A DNA stretch of 64,000 nt from positions 22,444,001 to 22,508,000 of the forward strand of contig NC_135901.1 in NCBI RefSeq assembly GCF_964194155.1, read 5' to 3'. Both the position numbers and the translations under genes were made by a program. Each line of letters starts with the position of its first letter. The first letter of the stretch is position 1. The notes under the pieces were generated by a model. That model did not search any database. It was not told the DNA's origin and saw only the letters and a list, made by a program, of their open reading frames with translations. This document shows, one piece after another, positions 36,701 through 49,339 of the stretch. This stretch comes from Cetorhinus maximus. Taxonomy: Eukaryota.

Positions 36701-37050
36701 AAACAAAAATAAATATAAAAATACCTGGATTATACCTTGATTAATACCTACCATTATTTCTTCCTGGATACCCCGTCCTACAGTGTGTTTACTGTTAGGG
36801 GGCCTATAAACTACTCCCACAAGTGACTTCCTACCTTTACTATTTCTTATCACTACCCAATCTGATTCTACATCTTGATCTCCAGAACTAAGGTCGTCTG
36901 TCTCTGTTGTACTAATGTCATCCTTAACTGACAGATCTACCCATCCACCTTTTCCTAATTTCCTGTCCTTCTGAAACATCATGAGCCCTTGAATATTCAG
37001 GTCCCAGCCTTTGCCACCTTGAAGCTATGTCTCTGTAATAGCTTTCAGAT
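33760..37050 (-). mobile_element. CR1 LINE degraded ORF2, split by Penelope-like insertions
   Basis: VGVVYRPPNS...GDFN...SSDHNMIEF; GPDGLHLRVL; ADDTKIG; RPHLEHCVQFW; RRMRGDLIE. Confidence 0.9.
33852..34350 (-). mobile_element. Penelope-like 3' region with hammerhead motif (GUC triplet)
   Basis: Minus strand agtt-ctgccga-a-gggtc-atgag-gactc-gaaac-gtc-aact (33954-33992). Body matches 40500-41010. Confidence 0.75.
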
Positions 37051-37074
37051 CACAATACCTCTTCCCAGTATGTA

Positions 37075-37630
37075 CAGTTTTGTATTGTGTACAGTTTTGG
37101 TGTCCTTGGAGCTATTCCCAAGAGTAACTTGGGAGCAGTTCAGAGAAGGATCACCAGGCTGATTCCTGGGATGAAGATGTTGTCTTATGAGGAAATGTTG
37201 GGCCTGTACTCATAGGAGTTTAGAAGAATGAGAGGTGATCTTACTGAAACCTATAAGATTCTGAGGGGGGTTGACAGGGTAGATAAAGAGAGGCTGTTTC
37301 CCCTCGTGGGGGATTCTAAAACTAGGGGAGCAGAGCCTCAAAATAAGGGGTCTCTCATTTAACATGGAATTGAGGAGAAATTTCTTCTATCAGAGGGCCA
37401 TTATTCTGTGGAATTCTCTTCCCCAGAGAGTAATGGAGGCCAAGTCATTGAATATATTCAAGGCTGAGTTATACAGACTTTTGATTGACAAGAGAGTCAA
37501 GGGTCATGGGTGACAGGCAGGAAATTGGAGTTAAGGTCACAATCAGATCAACCATGATCCTATTGAATGGAAGAGCAGGCTCGATGGGCCAAATGGCCTA
37601 CTCTTGCTCGTATTTCTTATGATGTTATGA
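37075..37630 (+). mobile_element. CR1 3' fragment
   Basis: ggagtttagaagaatgagaggtgatctt...caatcagatcaaccatgatcc...(tatga)n tail. Confidence 0.85.
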
Positions 37631-38186
37631 TCTTTGTGCTGAGGACAGAAAGCAGTGTGTATTGATCCGTCAATCAGCTTGAAGCAGCATTTTCAGGTGA
37701 ATGGGGAGGGTGTATATTAGGTACAGCAGAGTGAGAATGGAGGGAGAGGGTGTGGGGCAGAGATTTAAAGCTTTTGGGGAATGAGAGAGGAAAGAATGAT
37801 CCATAGAAACTGGAATTGTCTGTTCTGAATTTCCATCCTGTATTGACGGTGTTGACTTTCTGTAAATTCGTTTTACAGGATATTAGAAGGGGAGATTTGG
37901 AGACAGAAATCACAAAACAAATGTCATATCGCGATCTGACATCACTTGATTCGTTGAGATGTGAATACCATTGGCCATTTTAACATCAGTTTGACTGGAA
38001 CAGCACCAAGTCTCACACCCAAGTAAGAGTGTTCTAGTGCACTGACTGTGGAAAGAGCTCTAACCAGTTACACTGCCTGAAAAACATCACACCATTCACA
38101 GTAGGGAGACCCTGTACATGTGTTCTGTGTGTGGACGAGGCTTCAACTGATTATCCAACCGGGAGAGACAAAAAGACACCAGCACC

Positions 38187-38945
38187 ATGGAGAAACCATG
38201 GAAATGTGGGGACTGTGGGAAGGGATTCAGATCCCCGTCTGAGCTGGAAACTCATCGACGCAGTCACACCGGGGAGAGACCATTCATCTGCTCCAAGTGT
38301 GGGAAGGGATTTGCTCAGTCATCCACACTGCTGACACACCAGCGAGTTCACAGCAGAGAGAGGCCATTCATCTGTTCTCAATGTGGGAAAGGATTCACTA
38401 ATTCATCCCTTCTCCTGAGACACCAGCGAGTTCACACTGGGGAGAGGCCGTTCACTTGCTCTGACTGTGGGAAAGGATTTAAAGATTCATCCACACTGCG
38501 GACACACCAGCGAGTTCACAGCGGAGAGAAACCATTCATCTGCTGTGTGTGTGGGAAGGGATTCACTCAGTCTTCAAATCTGCTGAAGCACCGGCAAGTT
38601 CACTCCGGGCAGAAGCCGTTCACCTGCTCTGAGTGTGGGAAGGGATTCAGTGATTCTTTTCACCTGCTGAGACACCAGAGAGTTCACACTGGGGAGAGGC
38701 AGTTCACCTGTTCTGTGTGTGGGAAGGGATTAACTCATTCATCCACGCTGCTGGCACACCAGCGAGTTCACACAGGGGAAAGGTCGTTCACCTGCTCTGT
38801 GTGTGGGAAGGGATTCACTCAGTCTTCCAATCTGCTGAAACACTGGAGAGTTCACTCCGGGCAGAAACCATTCGCCTGCTCTGAGTGTGGGAAGGGATTC
38901 AGTGATTCTGCTGTTATTGCTGCTGCTAATCACATCCAGGACTGA
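38187..38945 (+). CDS. Tandem C2H2 zinc-finger protein A2 (8 complete fingers + truncated 9th)
   Basis: agcaccATGG start, acceptor ttttacag at 37878. The last finger is fused to 3' UTR sequence ([15 protein letters not shown]). Confidence 0.85.
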   Translation: MEKPWKCGDCGKGFRSPSELETHRRSHTGERPFICSKCGKGFAQSSTLLTHQRVHSRERPFICSQCGKGFTNSSLLLRHQRVHTGERPFTCSDCGKGFKDSSTLRTHQRVHSGEKPFICCVCGKGFTQSSNLLKHRQVHSGQKPFTCSECGKGFSDSFHLLRHQRVHTGERQFTCSVCGKGLTHSSTLLAHQRVHTGERSFTCSVCGKGFTQSSNLLKHWRVHSGQKPFACSECGKGFSDSAVIAAANHIQD

Positions 38946-39149
38946 ACCACGTTCCTTCTGACAGTTGGTGAAGTGGGAGGGTCAGTGCTGGACTGGCCGG
39001 TTTCATGACTTTCCTTCCAGTGGACTGATGCTCTTTGAGCCTGGGAGTGCACATTTCCAGTGAAATGATCAACGAAGGAAGATGAAGTACATTTATTTTA
39101 TCCTGGATAGTAAATAGTGTTTTTCCTATACTACAGGTGTCTTATCTTG

Positions 39150-39720
39150 TTTTTCACCTGTCTTTGTTTCGAGGGTTGCCACACCATGAATAATCTTTCT
39201 CCACTGATTTCTATTCTCTGCTGCCCTCACTGCCTGTCCCATTGAGAGGTCAGTCCACCTTCTGATATTATCCAACTATTCCATCTTGGGTCTTCCTTGT
39301 GCACATTTTCCAGGTGTATGTTCTTGCATTACCTCTTTTTGCAAACACTCGCCTCCTGTTCACATCACGAGTCCAAACTCTGTGAGCTTCCCTGATATTA
39401 CTGCCTCAAACAAGTTCCTCTTAACACCAGCTTTAACGAGCACCCACTTGTCTGTCCTCCTCGCCGTCCATGACACACGGAATATCCGTCTGAGGCCTTT
39501 CATTTCAAAAGCTCTCATTCGAGCCTCATTCTTCTTGATGGCCCAGCTTTCACACTCGTACATTGTCACCGGCCACACAAGGGCTTTCACAAGACACATG
39601 TTTGTTGTAATCGAGATGCTGTGGCTGCTCCATACTCTGTTAAGTGAGCTCATAATGCCAGGACCCTTGCTAAGTCTGGCCCAAATTTCTTTGGTGACTC
39701 TGTACCTACCACTACAGGGA
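39150..39720 (-). mobile_element. RTE/BovB-like LINE 3' end
   Basis: LVKALVWPVTMYECESWAIKK...RAFEMKGLRRIFRVSWTARRT. Confidence 0.8.
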
Positions 39721-40205
39721 GATATAAAATAAATATGTTTGTCCCTGTTCCATTGACTCTACAGCACAGGGCCAGGCCAGTCACCTCAGCTGACTGTGTG
39801 TCAGTATTTATGCTCCACATGATACTCCTCTCACCCCTCTTCACTTCCCCCATCAGCATATCCTTTTATTCCTTTCTCCCTCATTTATGTATCTAGCTTC
39901 TCCTTAAATGTATTCACCTCAACCATTCGCTCTGGTAGCGAATTCCACATTCTCACCACTCGCTGGGTAAAGAAGTTTTTCATGAAATCCCTATTTGGAT
40001 TATTGAACCCCTTCATAATCTTAAACTCTTTAGTCAGGTCACAGTGCCAATGATTATGTTTTGGGTGGATCCCATGGAATCCCCTCTGGAGCAGCTTCCC
40101 TGGTGAGTCAGTCTGCCTGGTTATTACCATCAACCTCTTCACTAACTCTGCTGCTGATGTACCTTCACCTTGCAAATAGTAATTTGTCCTGGACACATAC
40201 TAGCA

Positions 40206-41253
40206 TGTCCCAGTTCTCCACCCTGGGATTCCTTGTATGAACAGGGTGGGATGTGTTTTCAGACAGGATGTCCCAGTTCTCCACCCTGGGATTCTGAGTA
40301 TGAACAGGGAGAATACCTTCGGTCTGTCCGCAAGCATGACCCAGACCTCCCTGTCGCTTGCCATTTCAACACTCCACCCTGCTCTCATGCCCTCATATCC
40401 GTCCTTGGCCTGCTGCAATGTTCCAGTGAAGCTCAACGCAAACTGGAGGAACATCACCTCATCTTCCGGACTGAATATTAAGTTCAACAATTTTAGATCA
40501 AGAATTCTCTCCTCCATCCCCACCCCCTTTCTGATCCCCCTTTTTTCCCCAATAATTGATATAGATTTTTATTTTCCCACCTATTTCCGTTATTTTTAAA
40601 TGTATTGCCATCCATTGTTTTATCTCTACCTTTTAGCCTATTTCGATCCCTTCCCTTCATCCCACCCCACCCCCACTAGGGCTATCTGTACCTTGCTTGT
40701 CCTGCTTTATACCAATTAGCACATTCCTTAGATAATATCACCACCTTCAACACCTCTTTGTTCTTTTGTCTTTGACATCTTTTGGCTATCTCCACCTATC
40801 ACTGGCCCTCTATCCAGCTCTACCTGTCCCACCCCCCTTAAACCAGCTTATATTTCACCTCTTCTATTTTTACTTAGTTCTGTTGAAGGATCATATGGAC
40901 TCGAAACGTTAACTGTGTTCCTCTTCGCAGATGCTGCCAGACCTGCTGAGTTCTTCCAGGTATTTTTATTTTTGTTTTGGATTTCCAGCATCTGCAGTTT
41001 TTTGCTTTTACATTATAGGAACAGGGTGGGATGTGTTTGGAGACAGGATGTCCCAGTTCTCCACACTGGGATTCTCAGTATGAACAGGGTGCGATGTGTT
41101 TTGAGACAGGATGTCCCAGTTCTCCACACTGGGATTCTCAGTATGAACAGTGTAGGATGTGTTTGGAGACAGGATGTCCCAGTTCTCCACACTGGGATTC
41201 TCAGTATGAACAGGGTGGGATGTGTTTGGAGACAGGATGTCCCAGTTCTCCAC
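40206..41253. repeat. 63-bp hairpin-containing minisatellite (~1.6 copies at 40206-40308 and ~3.7 copies at 41019-41253)
   Basis: Unit gaacagggtgggatgtgtttggagacaggatgtcccagttctccacactgggattctcagtat, starting at 41019, 41082, 41145 and 41208. Confidence 0.95.
40309..41010 (+). mobile_element. Penelope-like element 3' fragment (GIY-YIG C-terminus + tail with hammerhead motif)
   Basis: EYLRSVRKHDPDLPVACHFN...QRKLEEHHLIFR; agttctgttgaaggatcatatggactcgaaacgttaact at 40876-40914. Confidence 0.85.
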
Positions 41254-41359
41254 CTTTAAAGGGACAAGGAGAGGACCAGATGGATAGAATGGTGATGCTT
41301 TATGACATCAGTGCAGTGCCTGGGATCTCACCTCCCTGAACCCTGCTCGATATTGGCTG

Positions 41360-41636
41360 GGAGGGTTTGATGGGACAGTGCAGAAAGAGTTTTACTCTCT
41401 TATTAAAACCGTGCTGTACCTGCTCTGTGGCACTGTTTGATGTGGCACATTGTGGGAGTTTTTATCTGGAGCTAGCCTGGGCTGTACTTGCCCTGGGTGT
41501 GTTTGATGGGATGATTTAGAGGGAGCTTTGCTCACTATCTAATTCCAACACTTGTACCTACCTTGGGAATATTTGATGGGAAAGTGTAAAGGGACCTTTA
41601 CTCTGTTTTTAACACGTGTTGTACCTGCCCTGAGTG
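41360..41636. repeat. Degenerate ~65-70-bp tandem satellite (~4 copies)
   Basis: Recurring gtttgatggga...gagggagctttactct...gctgtacctgccctggg. Confidence 0.75.
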
Positions 41637-42019
41637 AATTCCACATTGGAACAGGCATATTAAATTCTCTCACCTTGAGAAATGCTTTAAAAGATTAAAG
41701 TAGTTAATTCACAATACATTCCTAATAGAGAGAGGCTGTTTAAATATCCTATGTACGGAAAGAAATGAGACACCAGTTCATCTATGACTGCAGGTGTTGG
41801 TTTCTGCTGTGATTCATCTCATTCAGGCCTGTACCATGTCAGAGTTCCAGTGAACTTGAATATCTGTGAGACTTTTAAAATTAATTTTATTGATTTAATT
41901 AATTCGTGCATCTCAATGGCATCACAGAGATCAACCATTATTTACTATTTGGGATTTTCAATGTCAGGGTTTTTGCCCAACAATCACCGCAGAAGGAAAT
42001 GTGCCCTGTTCACTCCACA

Positions 42020-42460
42020 CAAGCTCAGTGTACAGGTGCAGTGCTGGACAGTATCTGAAGCATGCCCAGTGTTGCTTTGACCAGAACCATGCAAGTGCTG
42101 GATGCGCTCTTCAGGCAAGTGAGCTGGTGGCATGCAGGGGATCAAGGCTTTAGAAAAACCTGGTGAAGGCCACAAGACCTGAATAAGAACCTGCAGGGCC
42201 CACATTTGCCACTCTGGGGTTTTTTCCCGGGAACAGGCCCAGGTTGATAGCTGCCATCTTGCTTCAGGAAGTAGCCCAGCAAATGCGTGGCCATCTTGGT
42301 GAGGGAACAGGGAGTGGGTGGGGCTTCAGGGTCCCAGTGACCAGGAGAGAAAATTATTAAGTCATTGATTTCATTACCAGTCTGCACACAAGTGAGAACT
42401 GAACCCAGCCAGAGTAGAAGGAGGGAGAAAACTGGGGAGTGGAGGAAAGGAGTGGTGCAA
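42020..42460 (+). promoter_or_regulatory. CpG-decayed copy of the promoter module
   Basis: tgtacaggtgca, catgcccagt and tgatagctgccatctt, versus tgcgcaggtgca, catgcgcagt and taacggccgccatctt at 27365-27805. Confidence 0.55.
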
Positions 42461-42494
42461 TGAGTTTGGTTCTCATCACAAGGAGTAAAGCAGC

Positions 42495-42900
42495 AAGACG
42501 CACAGCCAAGTGAGAGTGTTCCAGTGCACTGGCTGTGGAAAGAGCTTTAACCAGTTCCACAGCCTGAACAACATCACACCATTCACAGCAGAGAGAAACC
42601 ATACACGTGTTTTGTGTGTGTGGACCAGGTTTCAACTGGTTATCCAACTTAGAGAGACACAAGGACACTGACAACATGGAGAATCTGTGAAAATGTGAGG
42701 ACTGTGGGAAGGAATTCAATTATCCAAGCTGGAAAGTAATTGGCGAACTCTCACAGGGGAGAGGCCATTCACTTAACCTGTCTGCTGGAAAGGATTCACT
42801 TAGTCATCTCGCCTGCTGTTACACCAGCAAGTTCACACAGGGGAGAGGCTAGTCACCTGCTGTTTGCATGGGAAAAGAATCAGTCAGTCATTTACCAGCT
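42495..42900 (+). pseudogene. Type A zinc-finger pseudogene A3psi
   Basis: Leader fingers, then atg gag aat ctg TGA aaa tgt (MEKPWKC>MENL*KC), followed by 2-3 frameshifted fingers. The acceptor module is deleted. Confidence 0.8.
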
Positions 42901-43950
42901 TCCTATGTTGAAATAAATTTGATAATGGATCCACTGCTTTTCAGAGATCTCTGGATTAATTTCAAATTGTAACAGGATGTTGGCCTCTAAAAGGCTAATT
43001 ATACATTGTGTTCTTACACAATTATCTGTACCCAGACCCCTTCAAACAAGCTCAGAAAGTAGGAAACAATGGGTTGCTGTTTAATGTTTATTTCTATTAC
43101 ACAAGTGACTACATACTGAGACTATGAGATTACTGGATACTCACGGGAGGAATCATCAGAAAGAGTTGTGAGTGCGATCAGCACATCGTTCTAAACTGGT
43201 TACCCTGGTCAAAGTTAGATCAGGTCAAGAGCCCCAAGCTTTTGTGTATTGAACCATTTTTGTTTTAGTAAGGTCTTGCTAACTTGACAACAAATATCAA
43301 CATCTTCTGTTTTTGTAAATTAAAATGGAAAAAGATCAATCTAATAAACTCATCTTGTAAATGATTTAATCCTCTTTAAGTGAGTCTGAGAGATAATGTA
43401 ATTTCTTTTGTCACAGTTTGTGCCTGAAAATCTCATATCTTTCTGAGAGACTTAATAATGTCTTTGTATTGAGTTCATCCCCTGACCCTCTGGCTCAGTG
43501 TCGAGAACATACATTATCTGTCCTTTCAGATCATTGATCTATTCCTGTCTAATCTTATCCTCAATAGGATCTTCTGCTTCTATTACAAATTCATACCTTT
43601 GAGAAATGTTTAATAAAGCTATCAGATCTTCCTCACCTGGCCTCCCTCTGTCTACATTCCCCACCTTGAGGTTCAAGAATGTTATTCCTTTTGTAGCTTC
43701 AAAGCTTCACATTTGGTCAGTGCAAGCATTTCCAGTATATTCTTTCCCCTTGTAATCTGTCTTTGAATCCTCTTCATCAACCAGGCCATGAACATTAGGG
43801 GAATTAGCATAATCATAGTAATACCAAGAGGAAATTAGGGGCAGTGATTATCCAGGGATGTTGTCCTGTATTTCACATTATCTGCCAGTGGAGCTGATCA
43901 CCCCGTGTAACAATGAACCACTCAATGTTAACAGTAGGAGGGTGAATTTA
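42900..43950 (-). repeat. ZF 3'-flank module containing the env-like transmembrane relic, copy 2
   Basis: Inverted homolog of 51600-52241 + 53186-53620. Translates to NTGQHPWIITAPNFLLVL/MLIPLMFMAWLMKRIQRQ. Confidence 0.6.
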
Positions 43951-44269
43951 ACGTGGTTAATTCTATCCTGATTGTTTTAAAGTCTGTTTCTTGATGGAGT
44001 ATGTGTCAATGCACTGATAATATAAAAAGTCTCATTCTACTAACCACATTAATCAGTTTATGTTGTTGTGTTGTTGAGTTCCTGAGCATGTCTGGGACTC
44101 ATTCCTCAGAGCAGGTTCACCATGCATTTCCACATGTTAATTACATCACATGTAACAAATCACATTTGCACACACACACCAGTATCCCAACATCATGCTA
44201 CACATGCCGTCTCATACAAGCCACTCTTGCCTTTTAGGTAAACTTACCAAAAAGGAGGGTGTCTGACGA

Positions 44270-44930
44270 TCTTGGTTTTTCTCCCCACTGCATGGTGCAA
44301 TGCCTCAGGTACTGACCAGACTATTAAATGCAGTTACCTTGAAAAGTTCAGAGGCAAGGATACAAACATCTTCAACAAAAGGCTATCAATATACTAGTCT
44401 CATCTACACTTTCCATTCTTCCACTTAAATGTACACAGATACCAGCTTGATCTATTATCTTGAACTATGCCCAGGATGAGTTACAACGTTCATTTGTTGG
44501 TATGATTGTCTCTCTATTTTATTCTAAGTAGGCCATCCCATTAATCACCATTCTATCTCACTCATGAGCCCTGGGGGAACTTTACTGTCCAACTCAATAG
44601 TCACATAATATGGTGTTTTTACATCAGAGATAGAAGTACTTGCAATCAGTTTAGACCTAACTCCCATACCTCCTGTTATCAAACATTTTGTCTTGAAAGA
44701 TAACAAGTGGGATAAATCCAAACCTTTAAAAGGCAGTCTTTAGTTCAAATCACCACAGTGAACAGGAGTTAACAACTTCTCTTGTTTGCAGAAAGGTTGG
44801 AGCAAATGTTCTCAAATGTGTACAATTGTATCAACTTTACATAATTTTTCAGATCAAAGATGAACCAAACGCCATTTTTGTTTCTCCAATTCTTTTGGTA
44901 TTTCTCACAGCTCTTTTGTTCTCTCTTCAG
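44270..44930 (-). pseudogene. Possible degenerate trypsin-like (FAM111-like) serine protease relic
   Basis: In one frame PYYVTIELDSKVPPGL...MNVVTHPGHSS...AFNS, then EALHHAVG after a frameshift. Many stops. Confidence 0.3.
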
Positions 44931-44935
44931 ATTAC

Positions 44936-46340
44936 TGTTACAATCCCAGCTGATGTTAATACTGGACAATACGATCCCAGAGTGAATCCTGGTTTGACAG
45001 ATCCTACATTTTTTTGAAGAAACTGTGAAGGAAAGTTCGTCAACAGGAGTCTGTTGATGAACTTCTAATGCAAGGAATAAACTATTTATTAAACAAGAAA
45101 AAATGAACTATATTACACGAGACAGAAAGATTGGAAAGATTTCAATACCAACAAAAAAAGACACTTCAGATTTATGCTATTCCTTTACCACAAAAATATC
45201 TTTACAGACACATAAACCACTGAAGAGTTACCACTAGCTTGACACAAAAGCCTCTTGCTTGGGGCTGGCACAGTTGCAAACAGTTTTCTTCTGGTGAATT
45301 CCTGAGCATTCACTCGATGCTTATCACCCAACTTGTATCTCTCCCCGAGACACCCAAAAAACACACTCTAAACTCATTGCTTCTTCAACTGCAAAGTGAA
45401 CAAATGAGTTCCCTAAACTCCATCTTCCAGTAGCACCTCTGCTAAACTGATTACTTTACTGAGTTCTATAACTGATAATTCAGTTAACTGCTGTTCCCAA
45501 TAGTCTTACAATTTTTCTTTTCAGAGAGCTTAAAATTCCTGTGTTCTCTCTTTGACGCACTCTGAATTCTCGATGACAGATGCAACCAAAGCAGATTCCT
45601 TGGATTTCTCAGCAACCCACCCAGACACTTGTCACACTGTGATCCAACTGATCTCACTGAAACTGTCTTTCTCATGAGGGTTTCCAATCTCCACATCTGA
45701 AGATCTCACCTTGGAATTCATTCCAAAAGTCACTCCCACTCGGGGCAGTTTCAACAATGTCCCACCTCACAGGTTTTCAATCTCTCCTTTGAAGATTCCT
45801 TTCCCCTGGATTCTCGAGTACACTCAAGCATCACATTCGAAGCACAATTTCAGATCTTTGGCTGTACCAAGCAGAAAACCACTGCTTCAAAGAGGTATCC
45901 AACAGCCCACAACATGGAGTCACTGACCTTCGGCAACCTCCTCGGATCTTCAGGGCTTCTCTCAAGTCCACTTCACTACAAGTCTGCTCACTGCAGCTTC
46001 TTATTTAACTCTGAGCCTATTTATATGCTCCTTTCCTTTACCTTATTTAAGGGGACCTATTCCTGTCCCCTATCTTCATCCCTTACCTGGAACTACCTTT
46101 TGGGACCTCTCCCTGATTTGGGAACTTCTCCCTCTCCCATGTCCTGCTCCCTGGGACATCTACAAGATAATGGCGCTCCATCTCAGGTCATCTGACATGC
46201 ATTTCCAAACTGGAGTTCCTGGCCTCTGAACCAAAGAAGGTGAGTTGAGCTTTCATCACACGCCTTTGCAAATGACTGTAATATAACTGAAGAAAATTAA
46301 AAATAAATAAGTTAGCATTGAAGCTTCAACCTTCTTAGAC
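44936..46340. mobile_element. LTR-like insertion (boundaries uncertain)
   Basis: Starts tgttaca, has tttatt at ~45085 (minus-strand AATAAA), is non-coding with C/T-skewed composition. No clean TSD. Confidence 0.4.
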
Positions 46341-46554
46341 CAAAAGAGTCAAAGAGGGTGGAGCTCCCTACAGCTTGTAAGTTCCGGATCATAACTTCAA
46401 GGCTGCAGCTTATCTTTAGGGAATCCAACTTTTCGGTGCCTTTTGCAGTTCTACAAGTAAATTGTAATTCATGCTAAAAGGTTTACTTTCACTCAGTAAT
46501 TATAATGTTTCACTTTTCTCAGCACATAAGCTGGCAGCATTTTAAATCCCAATT

Positions 46555-47520
46555 GTACGCTTCTCTTGTAGCTGGTGCATGGAGAAGGAAATTTCCACTG
46601 TAGATCTGCCAGCACAGAAACTGCACTGTTTTCCTGGATACACTCGGTCTGCAAAAAGATAAAGTGTTTAAGCATGACCATAGTGTAGGTCTTCTCCGTG
46701 ACGCTAAGGAGTGAGATGCCTCGCTAATTGTTGCAATCTCCTCTTTCACCTTTGTTTTTGTATATTGTGATGACTTCTGCATCATGCATGTCCTGTGGAA
46801 CAGATGCTACCTTCCAGAGAAGGAGGTGCTCACAATATCTGGAACTTCCTGTACCTGAGCAGTTTGGTTGGAATTCCATCCTTGCCGGGTGCTTTTCTGC
46901 TTGCTAAGAATAATTGGGCCTGGTCAAGCTCAAATGATGTGGGGTCTTTATCCAACTCAACTATGATGGGAAGTTGCAGGAGAGAGTCAAACAGACTGGG
47001 AGATGTCTGTCTCACGGGGGTACAGCTCACAATTGTGTTCAGCCCAGTGGGACATCTGTTTACTTCTGTCAGTGAGTATGTCACCATCCGTGATTTCAGG
47101 GGTCAACTTTGGTGATGGTCGGACCAAGTGCCCTTTTGATCCCATCATACATTGCACATGTATTTCCATTGTCACAGGCAATTTGGATTTCTTGACATAG
47201 GCTGATCCAGTATTTATTTATACCGTATCTCCCTGTCTTTTGCATAATCATCTTGGCTACTTTCAATTCATGCCGTGTTCTAGCTATTGGTTTATGTTGT
47301 GCATCAGGTGGGCTTTGCTTTTTGCTTCAATGATAGATGCCATCTCTGCTGAGTCGGTCGCAAACCAGTCTTTGTTGTGGGTTCCACCTTTACCAAATGT
47401 TGCTGCTGCTGTGTCAGAAATGATTGAACTCAGCGACTTCCAAGCTTCATCAATATCAATGTTGATTGATGAAGCTTTTATTGATGTGCCTGTAAAATAT
47501 TTCACTATTTTGTTTAACAT
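46555..47520 (-). mobile_element. RTE-clade LINE internal RT fragment
   Basis: KAPGKDGIP; DAEVITIYKNKGERGDCNN*RGISLLSV; QCSFCAGRSTV...QLQEK. Confidence 0.8.
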
Positions 47521-47924
47521 TCCTTCTTAATTTGATTTCATGATCAAGATATCGTTGAAGAATGTGCAAGTCAGTAAGAATTGTCAGCAAGGATTAATCA
47601 ACACTTTATAACTGGAAATGTTAATCACTGGAACCTTTCTGACACTGAATTGTAGATTTTGCATCAAATATCAATTTAGGATTGAAGTAAAATCCAAAAT
47701 TTTATTGTAAACTAGTTCCCGGGGAGAGTTCTTGTATTCAGGGGAAAGACCACAAATGGTGCTTTTAAAAAAGGACATTGCAGCCCTGAAATTCAGTGAC
47801 ATCTCCAGAATATTAAACTCCAGCCACGGTTGTTAACATCAGCAGAAACTAACCTAATATTGTCAGGCTATCAGTCCTGGGTGTGATTAACAGCAGCAAT
47901 AACAGCAGTGTCCAACCGCTGTAA

Positions 47925-48515
47925 TCACTTGTGAATGCACTCGTGTCTCAGTAGGTGTTGTGACTGAGTGAATCCCGACCCACACAAGGAGCAGGTGAAC
48001 GGTCTGTCCCTGGTGTGAACTCGCTGATGTGTCAGCAGTTGAGATGACCAATGGAATCCCTTCCCACACACGGAGCAGGTGAATGGCTTCTCCCTAGTGT
48101 GAGTACGTTGGTGATCATTGAGGTCAGTTGACTGCCTGAAACTCTTTCCACAGGAAGTACAGCTGAATGGATTCTCCTTCGTGTGCTTTTGGTGGTGTGA
48201 CTGGAGGGCAAATACCTGAGTGAATCCCTTCCCACACACGAAGCAAGTGAATGGTCTCCCACCCGTGTGAATTCGCTGGTGTTCAGTGAGGATGGATGAA
48301 GACTTGAACCTCTCTCCACAGGTTGTGCAGCTGAATGGCTTTTTCTCAGTGTGAACTCGCTGGTGTGACCGAAGGCCGGATGACCGAGTGAATCCCTTCC
48401 CACACACTGAACAGCTGAATGGCTTCTCCCCAGTGTGAATGCGTTGATGGATTTCCAGCCGGGATGAATAGGTGAATCCTTTACCACAGTCCTTACATTT
48501 CCATGGTTTCTCCAT
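47925..48515 (-). CDS. Tandem C2H2 zinc-finger protein A4 (7 fingers), closest paralog of A1
   Basis: ggcaccATGG start; FSCTSC/FSCTTC fingers as in A1. 3' UTR 47640-47920 matches 9300-9595. AATAAA on the - strand at 47701-47706. Confidence 0.85.
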   Translation of the reverse strand: MEKPWKCKDCGKGFTYSSRLEIHQRIHTGEKPFSCSVCGKGFTRSSGLRSHQRVHTEKKPFSCTTCGERFKSSSILTEHQRIHTGGRPFTCFVCGKGFTQVFALQSHHQKHTKENPFSCTSCGKSFRQSTDLNDHQRTHTREKPFTCSVCGKGFHWSSQLLTHQRVHTRDRPFTCSLCGSGFTQSQHLLRHECIHK

Positions 48516-49339
48516 GGTGCCGGTATTTTTTCTCTCTCTCCAGGCTGGACAATCAGTTGAACCTTTACCACATCACAACATGTGCACAGTTTCTCCCCAC
48601 TGTGAATGATCTGATGTTTTTTCAGGCTGTGTAACTGGTTAAAGCTCTTTCCACAGTCAATTCACTGGAACACTCTCACTCGGGTGTATGTGTCTTGGTG
48701 ATTTTCCAGTCATAATGTTTGAAACATTTCCCCACATACAGAACAGATAAACATTTCTCCTTCCACATTGAAAGCCTGATGATATTCAGGTCCTGATGAA
48801 TCGAGTGACTCTGTCAGACCATGCTGTGATGTTAGATTGATTTACAGGCTTCCAGTCTGTAAATCCACCCATTCTAATACCCTGGAAAAGGAATTTACAA
48901 AACTCATCACTGTGAATACAGGATAGAAATTCTGAACAGACAAATCTAGTTTCTATGGAATATGCTATCCTTTCGTTCCTGCAAAGCAGTAAATCGTCAT
49001 CCCTCACAGTCTCCCTCCTCCCCATGCTGGAATCCAAACCCCAGAGTGACCAACTGTACAGTATTTTACAGAATTGTCCCATATTTGAGAGTCAACTGTC
49101 CAGGTGCCGGAACACTGTTTGTCCCACAAATTGGACCTTTCTGGTCGCGCCCTATGCAGTACCCTGAGGCCTACTGCTTCTGTATTCAAACAGCTCCGGC
49201 AGCTAATTCCCCTCATTACCTCCACCCCCACCCCACCCCTCACCAACTCTGGCAGCACCCCACACAGCATCCCACCACCCACTTGTATGGACTCCCATGG
49301 CAGGCTGTCCCTCAATTTTCTCCATAAGAGTTGGTTATC

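Noticed and set aside
36212-36982. 256-aa ORF as a domesticated endonuclease with a novel insert
   Set aside because: It is a CR1 APE fragment containing a short Penelope-tail insertion flanked by a 13-bp duplication (accattatttctt at 36656 and 36750). The frame stayed open by chance.
41019-41253. CRISPR-like array (palindromic repeats at regular spacing)
   Set aside because: The whole 63-bp unit repeats with no unique spacers, there are no cas genes and the context is vertebrate.
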